From: Octopus bimaculoides
Lineage: Eukaryota
Assembly: GCF_001194135.2 (NCBI RefSeq)
Contig: NC_068981.1
Coordinates: 58,263,136 to 58,327,135 of the forward strand
Direction: 5' to 3'
Length of the DNA stretch: 64,000 nucleotides
Part shown: positions 11,791 through 25,267 of the stretch, in pieces
Numbering within the stretch: the stretch's first letter is position 1
Layout of the letters: each line of letters starts with the position of its first letter
Notes under the pieces: generated by a model
The model's database searches: none
What the model was told of the DNA's origin: nothing
Seen by the model: only the letters and a program-made list of their open reading frames with translations
Position numbers and translations under genes: made by a program

Positions 11791-14485
11791 ACTGTTTTAT
11801 AATTGTTTCATATACACAAGATAACTGGATAAAAGCATTATGTTTATAAACGAAGGTTTCTCATCCAAATCCAATATTGGAGAATGTGCACATCCAGGTA
11901 AAAGATTATCAGTTTCATATATTTTTTGACACCAAGGTAATTTAAAATATCAAATATATGAATTTAAGAATAAAAATAGAAGTTATTTGTAAGATCAAAA
12001 TAAATGAAAACAACAGTTATGATCTCTAAGTGTCAGGGAGTCCTTTAAAATAAAGTAAAATATCGACCCAGTTGGTGCTTGAACATTAAAAATATAGTAT
12101 AAATGTAGAAAATATCATAAAACATTTTATCTTTAAAAATGAGGTTAATAGTCTGAAAAATGTTTAATCATAGCTTATTTCAGTCATTTTATTAAATATA
12201 CAATTAATAATTTCAACAAATTACTTGGTGTTAACATAACATATTAGCTCCAAGTCTATGTATAGCATCCATTAATTACTTCAAAGCTGCTCAATTTTAA
12301 AAAAAAACCTTACATATGAATTTATTAATTGAAATTTTTATCATCATCATTTTAACATTCACTTTTCTATGCTCACATGGGTTAGACAGAATTTGCCTAA
12401 GCAGATTTTCTATGGGTGGAAATATCATCTTTGAAATATCGACTGTAGTCAAAATTTTGAAGCCTGTGTAGCCAGTAGATCTGGGAAGAAGGAGAAAATA
12501 TGAAGTTGTTTGTTCATGCCTTTCCCAAGATTTTAACAGAGCTATTAAGCTATTCTGGTGATAGCAACAGAATTTTGCAGTGAAGCAAAATTATACAAAA
12601 GAAAAAAATCTCTTCAATACTTCAAATTTGAAAAAAATGATAGTCCAAAACTAAATTTGATGCATGGAAGAGCCTCAATATTAATTTTAATGCTTTTAGA
12701 TTACTTTTAAACATTTACATTAACAATTTGAGGTTCTTTTGTTTGTTTGGGTTTTTTGTTTTGTACATATGAATACCCTGTTCCTAATCCTTTGGGAAAA
12801 ATCTAATACAAATAAATTAAGCTTAATTTAGTCAAGTACTATTTGTTCATAGATTCTTTGATACCCAGATAATTAAATCCATCAAGAGTTATTCTACAAG
12901 TCATTTAAAAATAGAAATTAAAAAGATAATTTTTTTTTAAATGACAAGTTTAAACAATAAAAATTACAGTCTCCAAGTGTTATGCAGTTGATGTTTGAAC
13001 CATGTAGCTTTTAACAAGACTACTGAATGTTCTCCATCATACAGTCCATGATTATAACAACCATAGTTTCCATACAGCAAAGATGATTGTGGATAGTGTT
13101 TTAGAATGTTGTTGGCTACATAAGCTTCAAAGAACAATTTCAACCCATCATCACAAACTAATAAAGCACTTACTATTCCTGCTGTGCTCCTGCTCCTTAC
13201 ACTGATAAACTGCGCCTATCTATTGTACCTATTCACAAGACATTAAACCAACAAGTAATATGTCTTGGAAATGGATACAATGAAGTTCTGATAATTAGAT
13301 ATTGACCAATGACATAGCAAATATTCTCAGTAATTTTGTATTCTTTCCTACTTACACCCAGAAGCAACTTCCTCTCTTTCCCTCTTGCTGCACATGTGGA
13401 ATTGACTCAGGCCAACACATAATCTACTTGGTTTGCAGTGACTTCTATAAAAACTTTGTTAGAGAAACAATTATCCCAAAATTATTTATATATAAAATAT
13501 ATCTAGGCTAGTGAGTATTCTATGGAACAGAAAATAATTCTATCTTATTTTGAAGAAAGTTATATAAAAGAACATCATTTAGACCTTAAATTGTCTTTCA
13601 GATCTCACTACCACTACATCAATTAGGAAGAGGCTTCAGGAGTTTTATTTTAGGATAAGATAGAATCAATACTCGATGTAGAGTTTAATATGCACATTCA
13701 TGCTTTAAAATGGACAATAGTAAAGAAGCTTTAGTTGATTAAACCAACACTAATACTTATAAGATTTGCCAGACTTGAACTCAGAATGTTATAGAATAAC
13801 ATACAGTATTGACCTCTGTCAAAAGCATGGCCTACAACATTTTTTTTTTTTTTTTTTTTTTTGGTGAAGGTGGCAGTAGAAGAATATACTTGATTACATT
13901 ACATCACATCAGTTCTTGGCTTAATGACAAAAGGCTAAATTGACACTGGGAGAATGTGAACACAGAAACAATGTAAATTAAATTCCACAATACATTTTGT
14001 TCAGCATTCTCATAATTCAGCCAATCCATCACTGCAAAGTATTTAGTTTGGTGCAGTTCAACACATGTCATCACTTTTACATCTGCATTTCTATGCTGGC
14101 TTGGGTTGGAGAGGACTGGAGGTGGGGCAGTGGTTTTATGGCTAGATGCCTCTCTTGACACCATCCCTTTTAAATAAGACTCAATTGTATAAACTATATA
14201 GATAACAAACTATTAAAATATTATGCATTACCAGACAAAAGTGTTGTGGGGAGACATGCCAAGACACACACACACGACAGGGCTGGCCTACGATTATAGT
14301 AGAAGACACTCATTAAGGTACTGTAGAAGGCACTTGCTCAAGATACCTAGCAGTGCAACTGAAATTAGTTGTAAAGCCACACAGCCATACCTATATTGTG
14401 TATACATACACCCAGTATTATTTAGTTTCATTGGCGTTTTTTAAGAAATAATCCAAGTACCATCACACCACATGGTACTACATAC

Positions 14486-15919
14486 CTTATTCATAAATTT
14501 ATTACAATATTGTATCACAGTTTTCCTTGTTACTGGTAACATTCTTGAAGGAGGTTATCACTGGTGAAACCCACAGCTTACCACTTCATAAATCAATACC
14601 CTTTACATTCTCTGAATTGTTCCACCCATTTTAACTCATCTGATTCTTATTAAACACAAAAATACAGCAGGTCAATATTGATCGAACTAAGATTTGAATC
14701 ACAAAACTGAGAATATGAACTTATCAGAATGAATTAATTCTGACACACTTTACTTGGCATGATTGTTGCTCACTATACATTGCAAGTATGGTTGAAGTTA
14801 AGGCAGGGAGAGTAAAGTATTTTTATTTTTTCTTGAAGTGGATGTTATAGTTAACATCTTCAAACATATTTCTAGCTCAAACTTCTAGAATTTAACAAAA
14901 TGTTTAACTAAAAATATTTATTTTAAATACTAAAATATGTTTGAATGTATCAAGTACAACTTTCTCAAATTACATTTTGTTGTTAATATACTTGTATTTG
15001 TCTCTTAATTGCTGGAATTTAACATACTCCTCTTTTGATGAGAGAAAGAGAAATATTTCATAAATTATATCAAAAATTCAAACAGAATTATTAATAAATA
15101 ATGTATATTGGTGAAGGATACCAGAAACTATGCGAAACATTGGACAGTATGTTAGAATTCTTCTAGGGAAAAGTTTGGAAAAGTTTCTTTGCATTTTATG
15201 GTGTTTCATTGATTTCACTCACAGATACACACTATCTTATTCATAAATTCATTACAATATTGTATCACAGTCAGTTTTCCTTGTTGCTGGTAACATTCTT
15301 GAAGGAGGACAAAAAAGAAAGAGCAACAATTATCAGTTTACCATGAAATAAATTAATAGAAAATAGGCAGAGGAAACTATTTAAGAGAGAAGAGACATTC
15401 TGTATGGCTGTGTGGGCCAGTTAGTATGGGTCTGCAAATTTGAGTGAGGATTCACCTCTTGGAGTGGGAAGAATGTTTGATACCGAATTTTATAAAACAT
15501 TGATTTGTATGCATGTGTGTGTGTTATTTATAAATACATCATATATACTACCTAACTCAAAGGTTATACGTATTTAGCACTGGTTACTAAATGAGTTTGA
15601 AATAGGGCCTATATTTCACTTCTGATCTATTACTAGCCTAGTGATGAGATAACAGCTTATGGATATAAATAAGAGTAATATTGACAAACTTTATTCCATT
15701 TTCATTTTCCAACTGATTCTCCATAAATAGATACACAAACATACTGCTGTGTGTGTGTGTGTGTGTGTGTGTGTATCTTAGGTTTTAAGAGAAGCTTCAA
15801 AGCTACAGTTAGAAGCCTGAAGTATAGAGTTTGGCTCTTTATCTTATTCATAAATTCATTACAATATTGTATCACAGTCAGTTTTCCTTGTTGCCGGTAA
15901 CATTCTTGAAGGAGGACAA
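14486..15919. repeat. Three dispersed copies of a 70-80 bp non-microsatellite sequence
   Basis: CTTATTCATAAATT(C/T)ATTACAATATTGTATCACAG(TCAG)TTTTCCTTGTT(A/G)C(T/C)GGTAACATTCTTGAAGGAGG at 14486-14554, 15233-15312 and 15840-15919. Confidence 0.95.
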
Positions 15920-16049
15920 CTTGTCTTCTGGGATCAATAAAACTAAAGTTCTACAGTCGATTTAAGAGTTTTACAAAGCAAATCAAAATAGAAGACAAAA
16001 CGTTTGATGTAACTGGTTTATTTATGGATTCCTTATATTGGTTCAAGGC

Positions 16050-18620
16050 CACTTATTTTTGGAGAAGGAAAAACAGAATTTGTAATGCTCACGTATTTCT
16101 GGATAATATTAATGATGAAAGTAAAATCGCACTAACCGAGAATCGATGTGAGTGCGTTTGTATATGATAAAACAAATATAAAGTAGACTTTCTTAATAAC
16201 AGGAGCGAATAAAGTAGGAGAATGTTGGGGTATAAGCAATATCTATGAGCAAACATTAAAGTAATTGCTATAATAACAGATTTGAGAAAGAGAGAGAGAA
16301 AAAAGACCGGTCTGCAAATGACAGTAAGAACTCAGAAAATGGAAAACGTGAGAAAAGTTATTGAGAATTAAAAGAAGTTCTTAAGTTATTGAAGGTTTTA
16401 ATACAAATGTACGTAAATGCATTCCTGTTCTAAAATAAAAAAATAAATTGTTGAGTATTTCATTTCTGTCCCTTCTCCAAGTTGAAAGAGTTCAATATAT
16501 CTTGTTTAATCAGCAACAATGTATTCTTTTTTTTTTTTTTTTTCAATGGTTCGTTGCTGGGATTTCCATACCCAGAAAAATCATTTTTGGCTAATTAACA
16601 GGTGTCACGTTCAGTTGACTCTATAGAAAGAAGAATAGCTACAAGAGAGAATTGAAACCGGGTCATAGACTCAGCTCGCTTGATAATTGGCTTCAACTCC
16701 ATGACGTTCGACGAGCATGGATACAGTTTGTTAAAATTTGTGGCAAAATAACATCAAATGTTGCCAGATTGGTTACGAAAAATATTTGGATCCATAAAGA
16801 TTTTATATTATATCAATTAACAATGCACTTATGTTGCTAGTTACAGCATTCTGTAATGATAGAAATTTTTGAAATAATATACAGAATTCCGTAAACTACT
16901 TGAAATAATCTAGACTTCACACATTGCTAGATAGAGCTCCCAGGCAAAAACTAATATACTAATACCCACTGGCTATTTGTTTTCTTGTTTATTTATGATA
17001 GAAGTTATGACACACTTTAGTTGTTACCTTTAAAAGCAGTAACTGAATTTTTTAAAAAACTGAAAGGTAGAAAAAGATTAGAATAACACTTCAAAATTAT
17101 TCATTTCAATGTTAAAATTTAAGCAACGATGTTATTTAAAATTGTGCCAGAGCTGTATAAAACTTAGTTTCCTTTGAAGGGGTGTTCTCCGTAATTTTGG
17201 TTTCAAAAGGAAATGGAGAGGAAATTCTATTTTAAGTAGCAGAAATTTTATACATAAACTTTCATTGAAATTAAAATTCTTCGAAAAGGAATGATTGAAA
17301 AAGTGTTGTTAATGAACAGGTCATAAAAAGAAGAAAAAAATCCTTGCTTTTCTCAAAATATAATTTTTACGTTGACATCCTTTCCGTGTCTATGGTAAAA
17401 CACCCGGTTCTGGCGAAAGAAAGATAAAAGTCACACCCGTATGTAACATGAGAAATACGTTAGTAAAAGCTCACCCTTAGCTTTCATGTTGAAGGGCACT
17501 TAGTAGAGTGATGTAAGTGTTTCCAAGTCTATAAGAAGGATTATACGTAAGAATCAGTAGGGGTGATAAAATAGTCAAATAAATATATTATTGACATTAT
17601 GGAATTCTGCTATTATTGATGAAAGGAAAGAAGAAGGATTCAACTAAGAATTAAATAATAAAACTGTTACTTACAATAAGTAGAAGCTACCAATTCCTTC
17701 ATTTCAGTAGAACACAGTTTACTGCCTCGCTTCCCCATACTGCAAATGAATGGAAGCTTATCAAATTGTATGAGTTTTCTTATTTTTACCTTTTTTTCCG
17801 TTTGAAAAATATCTATATATGATGTAGCTTATGTATTTTTCCCGGTGAGTTGTGTTCTGTTCCTCTTTTCTTTGCACTTGGCTGAAGAACTACTGGCGCT
17901 AAACAGAAGATTTATGAAAACAGGTATAAATATAAATATATACATATATATATATATACTTATCTATGTGTTCACGTGTTTCTATATACGTGTGTGCGTA
18001 ACTAATCAAATCTGTTTTGGCTCTCGCGAAGCAGTATAATATCGTGGAATATCAATTAGTGTCACATCAGAATGTTTTCTCTTTGAAATACCTTAGCCAC
18101 CTGTATGTTTCCAGTTTTATTTACAATTGTTAAAGATCCGACATTAAAGAAATAACACCGAAAATCAGCTGGCTGTAATGTAATCCCTTGTTGAAACAAC
18201 GTCACTTTTTAAAGAACAACAAAGCAGAGAGCAAGGAGTAAGGAAAAGAGAGAAAGTATAAAAGAGGAGGGAAGGAATAAAAGCAATTCCGAGTCGTGTG
18301 AGAAAAGGATTGTTTTCTGCAGCGAGATAGCAACTGAAACTGTATTCAAGTCTAATAAGAGTGACAGTATAGGAAAGATGCATTAAGTGTAACTTAACTG
18401 CTAAAACTCCACGACGCTGCCTACATTATGTCGTTGGAACACAAACACACAGTTCGCCTCACTGTCACAAATCTAGTTCCATGTGTGTGCATGTGCCTAG
18501 TTTCCAAGCGTATATACAAGCGGTTGCGTATTTGTGTACGCACGCACGCACACATATGCATCGCCTCGCGTGTATGCATGGTTCGCTTACACTTAGAAAT
18601 ATGAGTGCATAGTTGCCTAT
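16050..18620. promoter_or_regulatory. CpG-richer, almost TE-free, promoter/first-exon-like region, possibly bidirectional
   Basis: CpG is visibly more frequent at 16600-16800, 17370-17470 and 17820-18600 than in the flanks. CCAAT box on the minus strand near 16770. Plus-strand donor CCG|GTGAGT near 17824. Minus-strand CAAC-ATG-AAA-GCT-AAG-G|GTGAGC at 17487-17475. Confidence 0.5.
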
Positions 18621-18725
18621 ATACATACAAGTGAGCGCACAATTATATGCGTGTGTGTGTGTGTGTACATATAAATAAAACACATATGTATATAAATATG
18701 TGTGGTGGGGAACAAACACACACAC

Positions 18726-18771
<46 letters not shown>

Positions 18772-18865
18772 NNNNNNNNNNNNNNNNNNNNNNNNNNTAT
18801 GTTTATATATATATATATATATGTTTATTTATTTATTTATTTATTTATTTATATATCATCATCAT

Positions 18866-20385
18866 TCAGCGTCTGCTTTCCATGCTGGCATGGGTTAGAC
18901 GGTTTAACTGGGACTGGTAAGCCAGAGAGTTGCACCAAGTTCCAATATGATTTGACATGGTTTCTACAACTAGATGCCCTTCCTAACACCGACCACTCCG
19001 AGAGTGTAATGGATGCTTTCTATGTGCCACTGGCACTGGTGCCAGTTACATGACACTGGCATTGGCCACGACTACAATTTCACTGGTTTGACAAGTGAAA
19101 TCGTAGTTGTAACAAGTCTTCTCAAGCACAGCATATCGTCAAAGATCTTGGTAACTGCCTCATTGAGGCCCAACTTTCGAAGATCATGCTTCACCATCTC
19201 GTCCCATGTCTTCCTCAGTCTACCTCTTCCACAATTTCCCTCCATAGTTAGAGATTGGCACTTCTTTACACAACTGTCCTCATCCATATGCATCACATGG
19301 CTATACCAGTGCATTTGTCTCTCTTGCACACCACATCTGATGCCTCTTATGCCCAATTTTTCTCTCAAGATACTTACACTCTATCATACATGCACACTGA
19401 TATTGCACATCCAGCAAAGCATACTAGCTTCATTTCTTTCAAGCCTTCATATGCCCTCTGCAGTCACAATCCCTGTTTCACTGCCGTATAGAATGGCTAT
19501 TCACACACAGAAATCATACAATCTGCCTTTCACTCTGAGAGAGAGAGGCCCTTTGTTACCAACAAAGGTAGAAGCTCTCTGAACTTTGGCCAGCTTAGTC
19601 TTATTCTAGCAGTTATGCTCTTGGAGCATCCCCCTGGCATTTGATGGAGTATATTTTCTGTACATTTCTAGTATTTATTGTGCCTGTACATCAGCCATGC
19701 ACAAAGACTGTTTTCCCTGTTAACTTTCCTCTGATATTGCTGGGCCTCTTTATGTGTCCATAGCTTGCACTGGGTACATCTTATGGAGTTTCTACCTATG
19801 CCTTTTCTACAGATCAAGCAGGGCCGTTTACCTGAAGAAATTTGCGATTTGTCTGCTTTCTCACTTACTAAGACTGGGTTTTTGCTAAATTAACTCTAAG
19901 GCCCTTTGATTCTAGACCTTGCTTCCACACCTGAAATTTTCTTCTCTAGTTCTGATAGTGATTCAGCTATAACAACAAGGTTATCAGCATATAGGAGTTC
20001 TCAGGGACAGCCTAACTTAAGTTCCTCTGTTATTGCCTGGAGGACTGTGACGAACAAGAGGGGTTTGAGGACTGATCCTTTGTGAGTCCCTAATTGTACC
20101 CTGAATTCATTACTCATTGCCAACCCTCACCTTACTGACAGCATCCCTGTACATGGCTTGTACAGCTTTCATCTATGCCTAGTTTTCCCATTGACCACCA
20201 GATAAGGGAGCCGGGGACCCTGTCAAAGACATTTTCCATGTCAACAAAACCAAGTACAGGAGTTTATTTATTTTTGGCTTGGTACTTCTCCTGCAGCTAC
20301 CTTACCAGGAATATAGCATCAGTGGTGCTTCTTCCTAGCTCAAAACTAAACTGCATCTCATCTAAAATAACCTTCTCCCTAAAAT
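18866..20385 (-). mobile_element. RTE LINE, 3' tail to RT region, degraded
   Basis: Minus ORF MREKLGIRGIRCGVQERQMHWYSHVMHMDEDSCVKKCQSL...GRGRLRKTWDEMVKHDL. (CAT)n tail at 18855-18870. RT-region remnants continue to about 20385. Confidence 0.9.
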
Positions 20386-21039
20386 TTTTGTGCTATGACC
20401 CTCTCTGTAACTTTCAATATATAGTAAAATAATATTTAAGCCTAATTTAACCTGTTCCACAAATGAAAAGCATAATCCTCTGAAGTTAACTGAGAGGGCC
20501 AATGTCAAAAAGACAACTGATTTCAACACAAGCCAACAAAATATATATCTATCTTTATGCAAAAAGTGAAAGACACACACACAATGTAAACTCATCTTTT
20601 CTAAGTTTGGAATTTTTAACTATATCTTCAAATGAAAACATGCATAAACAAGTTTGAAAAAGGAATAAGAATGCCAAAGGAGATTTAAACCCATCAAAAG
20701 AGTGGTATCAAATTTTATTAGTTTGAGACAGGAGAAGAAGTTGTGCCCATAGTCTTTGCTGGCCCTCCAAAACCTGCAAAACTGATGCCTTTAACATTTC
20801 AATTAAACTGTTGAAAGTCAATGGCTGCAGGAAAAACACACTGGGACTGGATTTCCAGAAAACTGACATCCTAGGAAGAAAGGACTGGTTGTAATGTTGG
20901 GTCTAGGGGTATTAGACACATTATAGATGATGAAAGGAAAGGTGAGTCAGGAGTGCCTGAATGGCGGTCACAGGAGATCAACAAGTTTTGAAGTGTGAAA
21001 CCATTGTAGTTGCAGTAACCACCAAATTACTGAGCTCTG

Positions 21040-22110
21040 CATCTAGTCAAAAGCCTTCTCCAAATCAACAAAAGCTAAGAATAGTGGTTTATTCTTAACC
21101 AAGTATTTCTGATGTTGTTTCCTCATTAGAAAGATTACATCAGTGACCTCTTCCAAGCAAACTGCATTTCATCTAGGTCTACTTTGTGCCTACCCACAGG
21201 CAGATAGGCAAGCATGATATTGAGAAAGAGGGATGAATACTAAAAGGAAATGGTTCCAAGAAGAGGGGTAACCAGTAGCACAAAAGGGAATAAAAATACT
21301 TGCAGTTCTGCTCTTATATGAGTACAGTAGCTGATTAGTGATGTAGTTAGTAGAGTAGTTAGGGGAGAATGGGGCTTAGGAAGATGAGACGCAGAGAGGA
21401 TTTGACAGGGACAAATTGAGTGCAGAGGCAGAGTATAAATAGTAATTTGCCCTGGCACAAAACCAAGCAGCAGTTCATCTAGTCTAATTCTTTTCCTAAT
21501 TAATTGGTCTCTAACTCTTTCCATAACTTTCAGACCTGGTCCAACGATTTGATACCTCTGTAATTCTATCTAAGATATATCTTTTATTCTTATACAATGC
21601 TGTCACACCAGCCATTGGGTAGGATACCTTCCTGTACAACCAGATTAACTATATGGGTGACAATGCTAGACATAACTCCACCAAATATTTTAAACATCTC
21701 AACAAGTGATTCCTGATGAACCAGAAACTTTTCTTACCTTCATATTCTTAATTGCTTTATCTATTATACTGTTGTTGACTAGGATAGCAGGTCACTTTGT
21801 TGGGAAGACCTTCTTCACCCATGTATTCTCCACATTTAATACCATTTTAGTTTTTCACAGTAGCACTTCTCTGCCTCCTTATTATGAAAATCCTCTAGTG
21901 CAAGTGTACTATTATTCATCTGCATACACTTCTCATCCTCAACATATTGATTCTCTCTGATATACTATCTTGCAATCCACAATATCTCATGTCTGACCCT
22001 CCCTTTGTTAATTAAACATGTTACCTAGCTTCCATACTAGTTACTGGATATAATTTTCTGCTGCCTCCATTTTACCAATCTTTTCAAGAAGTTCTTTTGC
22101 TTTTATGGCT
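21040..22110 (-). mobile_element. RTE LINE fragment (linker and N-terminal RT)
   Basis: Minus ORF MERVRDQLIRKRIRLDELLLGFVPG matches ERVIAQLIRERINLDEMQFGFVPG at 63750. Confidence 0.75.
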
Positions 22111-22199
22111 CTGCCTTGGCTGGAAGTTTGCTCCAGGCATAGATTTAAACTGTAGCCCTCACAAAGTTGTCCCATAAAAACTACCAGTTGTCTTCTATG

Positions 22200-22490
22200 C
22201 TATAAATTGTGAGTTTGAAAACCAGCAGCATGTTGTGTCCTTGAGCAAGACACTTTATTTTCATGTTACTCCAGTCAACTCAACTGGCAAAAATGAGTTG
22301 TACCTGCAATTCAAAGGTCCAGCTTTGTCACATTCTGTGTCATGCTGAACCTCCCTGGGAACATTAAGGGTATGTGCATCAGTGGAGTGCTCAGCCACTT
22401 GCACGCTAATTTCATGAGCAGACTGTTCCATTGATCGGATCAACTGGAACACTCGTCGCTGTAACTGAATGAGTGCCAATTATATCTCTG
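22200..22490 (+). mobile_element. tRNA-derived SINE (family C-like), 5'-eroded
   Basis: TTGTGTCCTTGAGCAAGACACTTTATTTTCATGTTACTCCAG core shared with 36790 and 47800. Confidence 0.7.
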
Positions 22491-22559
22491 TATATAACAT
22501 ATAATTTTAAATACTAGCAAGTCTACCCATCTACGATGGAGGCATAAAATGAGGGAGGG

Positions 22560-22780
22560 AAGTAATAACAGCAGTATGTATTGAGAAATGTGTATGTTGG
22601 TTTAGACATGTGATACACATGAATGAGGACAGCCACATAAAGAAGTGCCAATCACTGAAAATGGATGGTACCCGTGGAAGAGGGAGACCCAGAAAGACAG
22701 GGGAGGAAGTGGTAAGGAGTGATCTCAGGAAGTTGGATCTCATAAGAGACTGTCTAATTGACCAAGATGATTCTGGCACC
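22560..22780 (+). mobile_element. RTE LINE C-terminal fragment
   Basis: Encodes WFRHVIHMNEDSHIKKCQSLKMDGTRGRGRPRKT-like sequence. Confidence 0.75.
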
Positions 22781-24305
22781 TGATTTCAATCATAGAACAT
22801 ATATCTGGTCTTTGTCTTTTCATACTGATGAAATTAGACATTTTTTCTGCCAGTCTAGGAGGCTTGCAGATATTTACCTTTCCCTTTCAAGTCCAAGTAG
22901 ATTTTGTCCAGGCAAAACTTCCTGTCTGAGTATCATTTTTTTACCCAAAGTACTTCTTTTCCTCTCTCTAAGCAACAAGACTAAGATTATAACTTCAGAT
23001 TGCACATGGCCCCTGATTGAACAAATTAGCTCTTCCAGAACTCTGTTGTGTTTCCATGTTTATCTGCCATTGGCAAGGGCCACCTTACAGAAACTAAACA
23101 CATTCCATTGTTTGTTGTTTGTCCTTGCCTAGGGGACAACTTGGATTCTCTTCTTTTCCCCATTTCACAAGGTTGGTTTTCGATAAAAGCAGGGCATACA
23201 TTGCTTATATGAATGTTGCCATCTTCCACACATTACTCCTTGTAAGCAACCTTTGAAATGTCACATCCCAATTCATCTACTGTCTTTGTTGAGATTGCTG
23301 TCCTGCTTTTGTGTGCCTCCTTTCATCTTCCTCTTACCTTACTTCTCAAATTACCAAGTCTCAGAGGTCCCTACCCATAGTTTTTTACCACCTTTACATT
23401 TTGCATGTGCCTAGCTCTTGTCTCTCTGCTGTGGCATCTAGGACCTTCCATTTCCTGTCAGTTTTCAGTATAGACAGTACTGATCTCACCACTCAATCCT
23501 TGGAGTATTTTAACATCATCTGTAAACTCATCTTTCTTGCTTTGATTTCTTCACAACTTTGGCTGTCAGCAGTTTAGAGCAAAATCTGATACTTTAGGAG
23601 GCAGCTTAGCCATTTCCTGGTGAATTTGTGGTCATCTTCACTTCCATTGCCTCAACTGTGCTTGTGACAATTTTGTACATGAGTAGTGGCCACAGCAACC
23701 TAGGTATAAGCATATGTTGGAGGCACCAGACTTTGTATTTCCCTAGCAATGGGCAGCAGCCAACTTTCACCTTCATCTGCTAATTGAGCAGATTCTTTCA
23801 CATATATATATATATATATATATACGTGTGTGTGTGTGTGCACACACACGCGTTTGTTTGTATGGATACATAATACACATACACACACATGCATATTACA
23901 TATGAATGTGCATGCATGTATGAGTTTGTGTGTGTGTGTGTGTGTTTTGGCAGACATGACACATTATCAAAAGACATTGGCTCAGTAAACAGTTCCACAC
24001 TCCACTCCTATATTCCTTGTAGTTGACAATAACCATCATATCTGTATAGGCTAGCATGTGGAGTTTGAGCTACATTATATATTAATAAGAAATGCAGAAC
24101 ATGAGTATGTTATATAAAGTTCAAAAATACCGGTTACATTTTCTGCATTTCATATATGTGTGAGTGTGTGTATACATGCATGCATACATACATACATACA
24201 TATATACATACATACACACACACATACATACATGCATACATACATACATACATATGTACATTCATACATACACACACACATACATACATACATATATACA
24301 CATAC

Positions 24306-24352
<47 letters not shown>

Positions 24353-25125
24353 TGTGTGTGTGTGTGAATGTATGGATATATGTGTTTGTACATATATATA
24401 TTATATAAAAGTCAATATTGAATCATGGCACAGTCTTCCCATTCATCAGGTCCTTCAAACTGTTCGACTAATGCCAACATAGAAACAAACCTTAAATAAT
24501 GATGATGATGACGACAACGATGATGACGACAACGATGATGACGACAACGATGATGACAACAATAACAACAGCAACGACAAAGATGTATGTGTGTGTGTAC
24601 AGACAGGAGAAAGAGTACTCAATACATATAATAGATTTCTTATATTCATTTGAAGCTGATGATTCACTCCAAACTTCTCGCTTTTGTACATTCAAACCAT
24701 ATCCATTCTATCAATTTTCTTTTACATTTTTTTTCAGGTGCTCCAGCATGGCTACAGTCAAAAGACTGAAACAAGTAAAAGAGTAAAAGAGTAGTTTGGA
24801 TTACATTATTCAATGAGACACTGATACAACAAGATGATAGGGTGTAATTTGAAGGCAGATTTGACTGTTGTTTCAAAATAGGTTTAGTTACCATGCATAG
24901 GCTTCCTAATTGACTCATATATCTTCATTTTGTGTATCCAAGAGAAGTCAGTCTAATAGAACCCATCCTTCTTTAAGCTAGCACATAAGACGTGGAGCTC
25001 AGCATGATATGCTAAAGCAACATTATCTCATAGAAACCTCGTGATTCACAAGAATGAATTGCACCTTCTTGTAGTATCTAATTCTATTACTAAATTGCAT
25101 TAAGTTAAGAGACACTTTTCCATAG

Positions 25126-25267
25126 ATCATTATGCCAGTGAACCACCATCAACTGTTCACCTTGAAGGCTAGAACTCTAACAATTAGGTCAACAGCAGGT
25201 CCTTCTGTTTTATATAATATTCCACCAAATAACCTTACTTACTTATCAGTCATAGAAATATACTTTG
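25126..25267 (+). CDS. Candidate exon of the plus-strand gene (IIMPVNHHQLFTLKARTLTIRSTAGPSVLYNIPPNNLTYLSVIEIYF)
   Basis: TTTTCCATAG acceptor, 142 nt open in phase 0, strong G|GTAAGG donor. No recognisable homology. Confidence 0.35.

Noticed and set aside
14486-15919. Repeat-spacer pattern as a CRISPR array
   Set aside because: Eukaryotic DNA, repeats of 70-80 bp, spacers of 500-700 bp and no cas genes.
16640-16730. In-frame TGA in the minus frame MLVERHGVEANYQAS*VYDPVS as selenocysteine
   Set aside because: No recognisable selenoprotein motif or SECIS, and further stops follow shortly.
21708-21730. CTGATGA-ACCA-GAAA hammerhead-like core
   Set aside because: No room for stem II, no flanking stems seen, and it lies inside a decayed RTE coding fragment.
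24156-24786. ORFs rich in HT/YI/CV or poly-M/T/D (also 18421-19053, 33522-33867, 39468-40225, 30384-30596, 31556-31984)
   Set aside because: These are translations of CA, TA, CATA, CT, GAT and AGT microsatellites.
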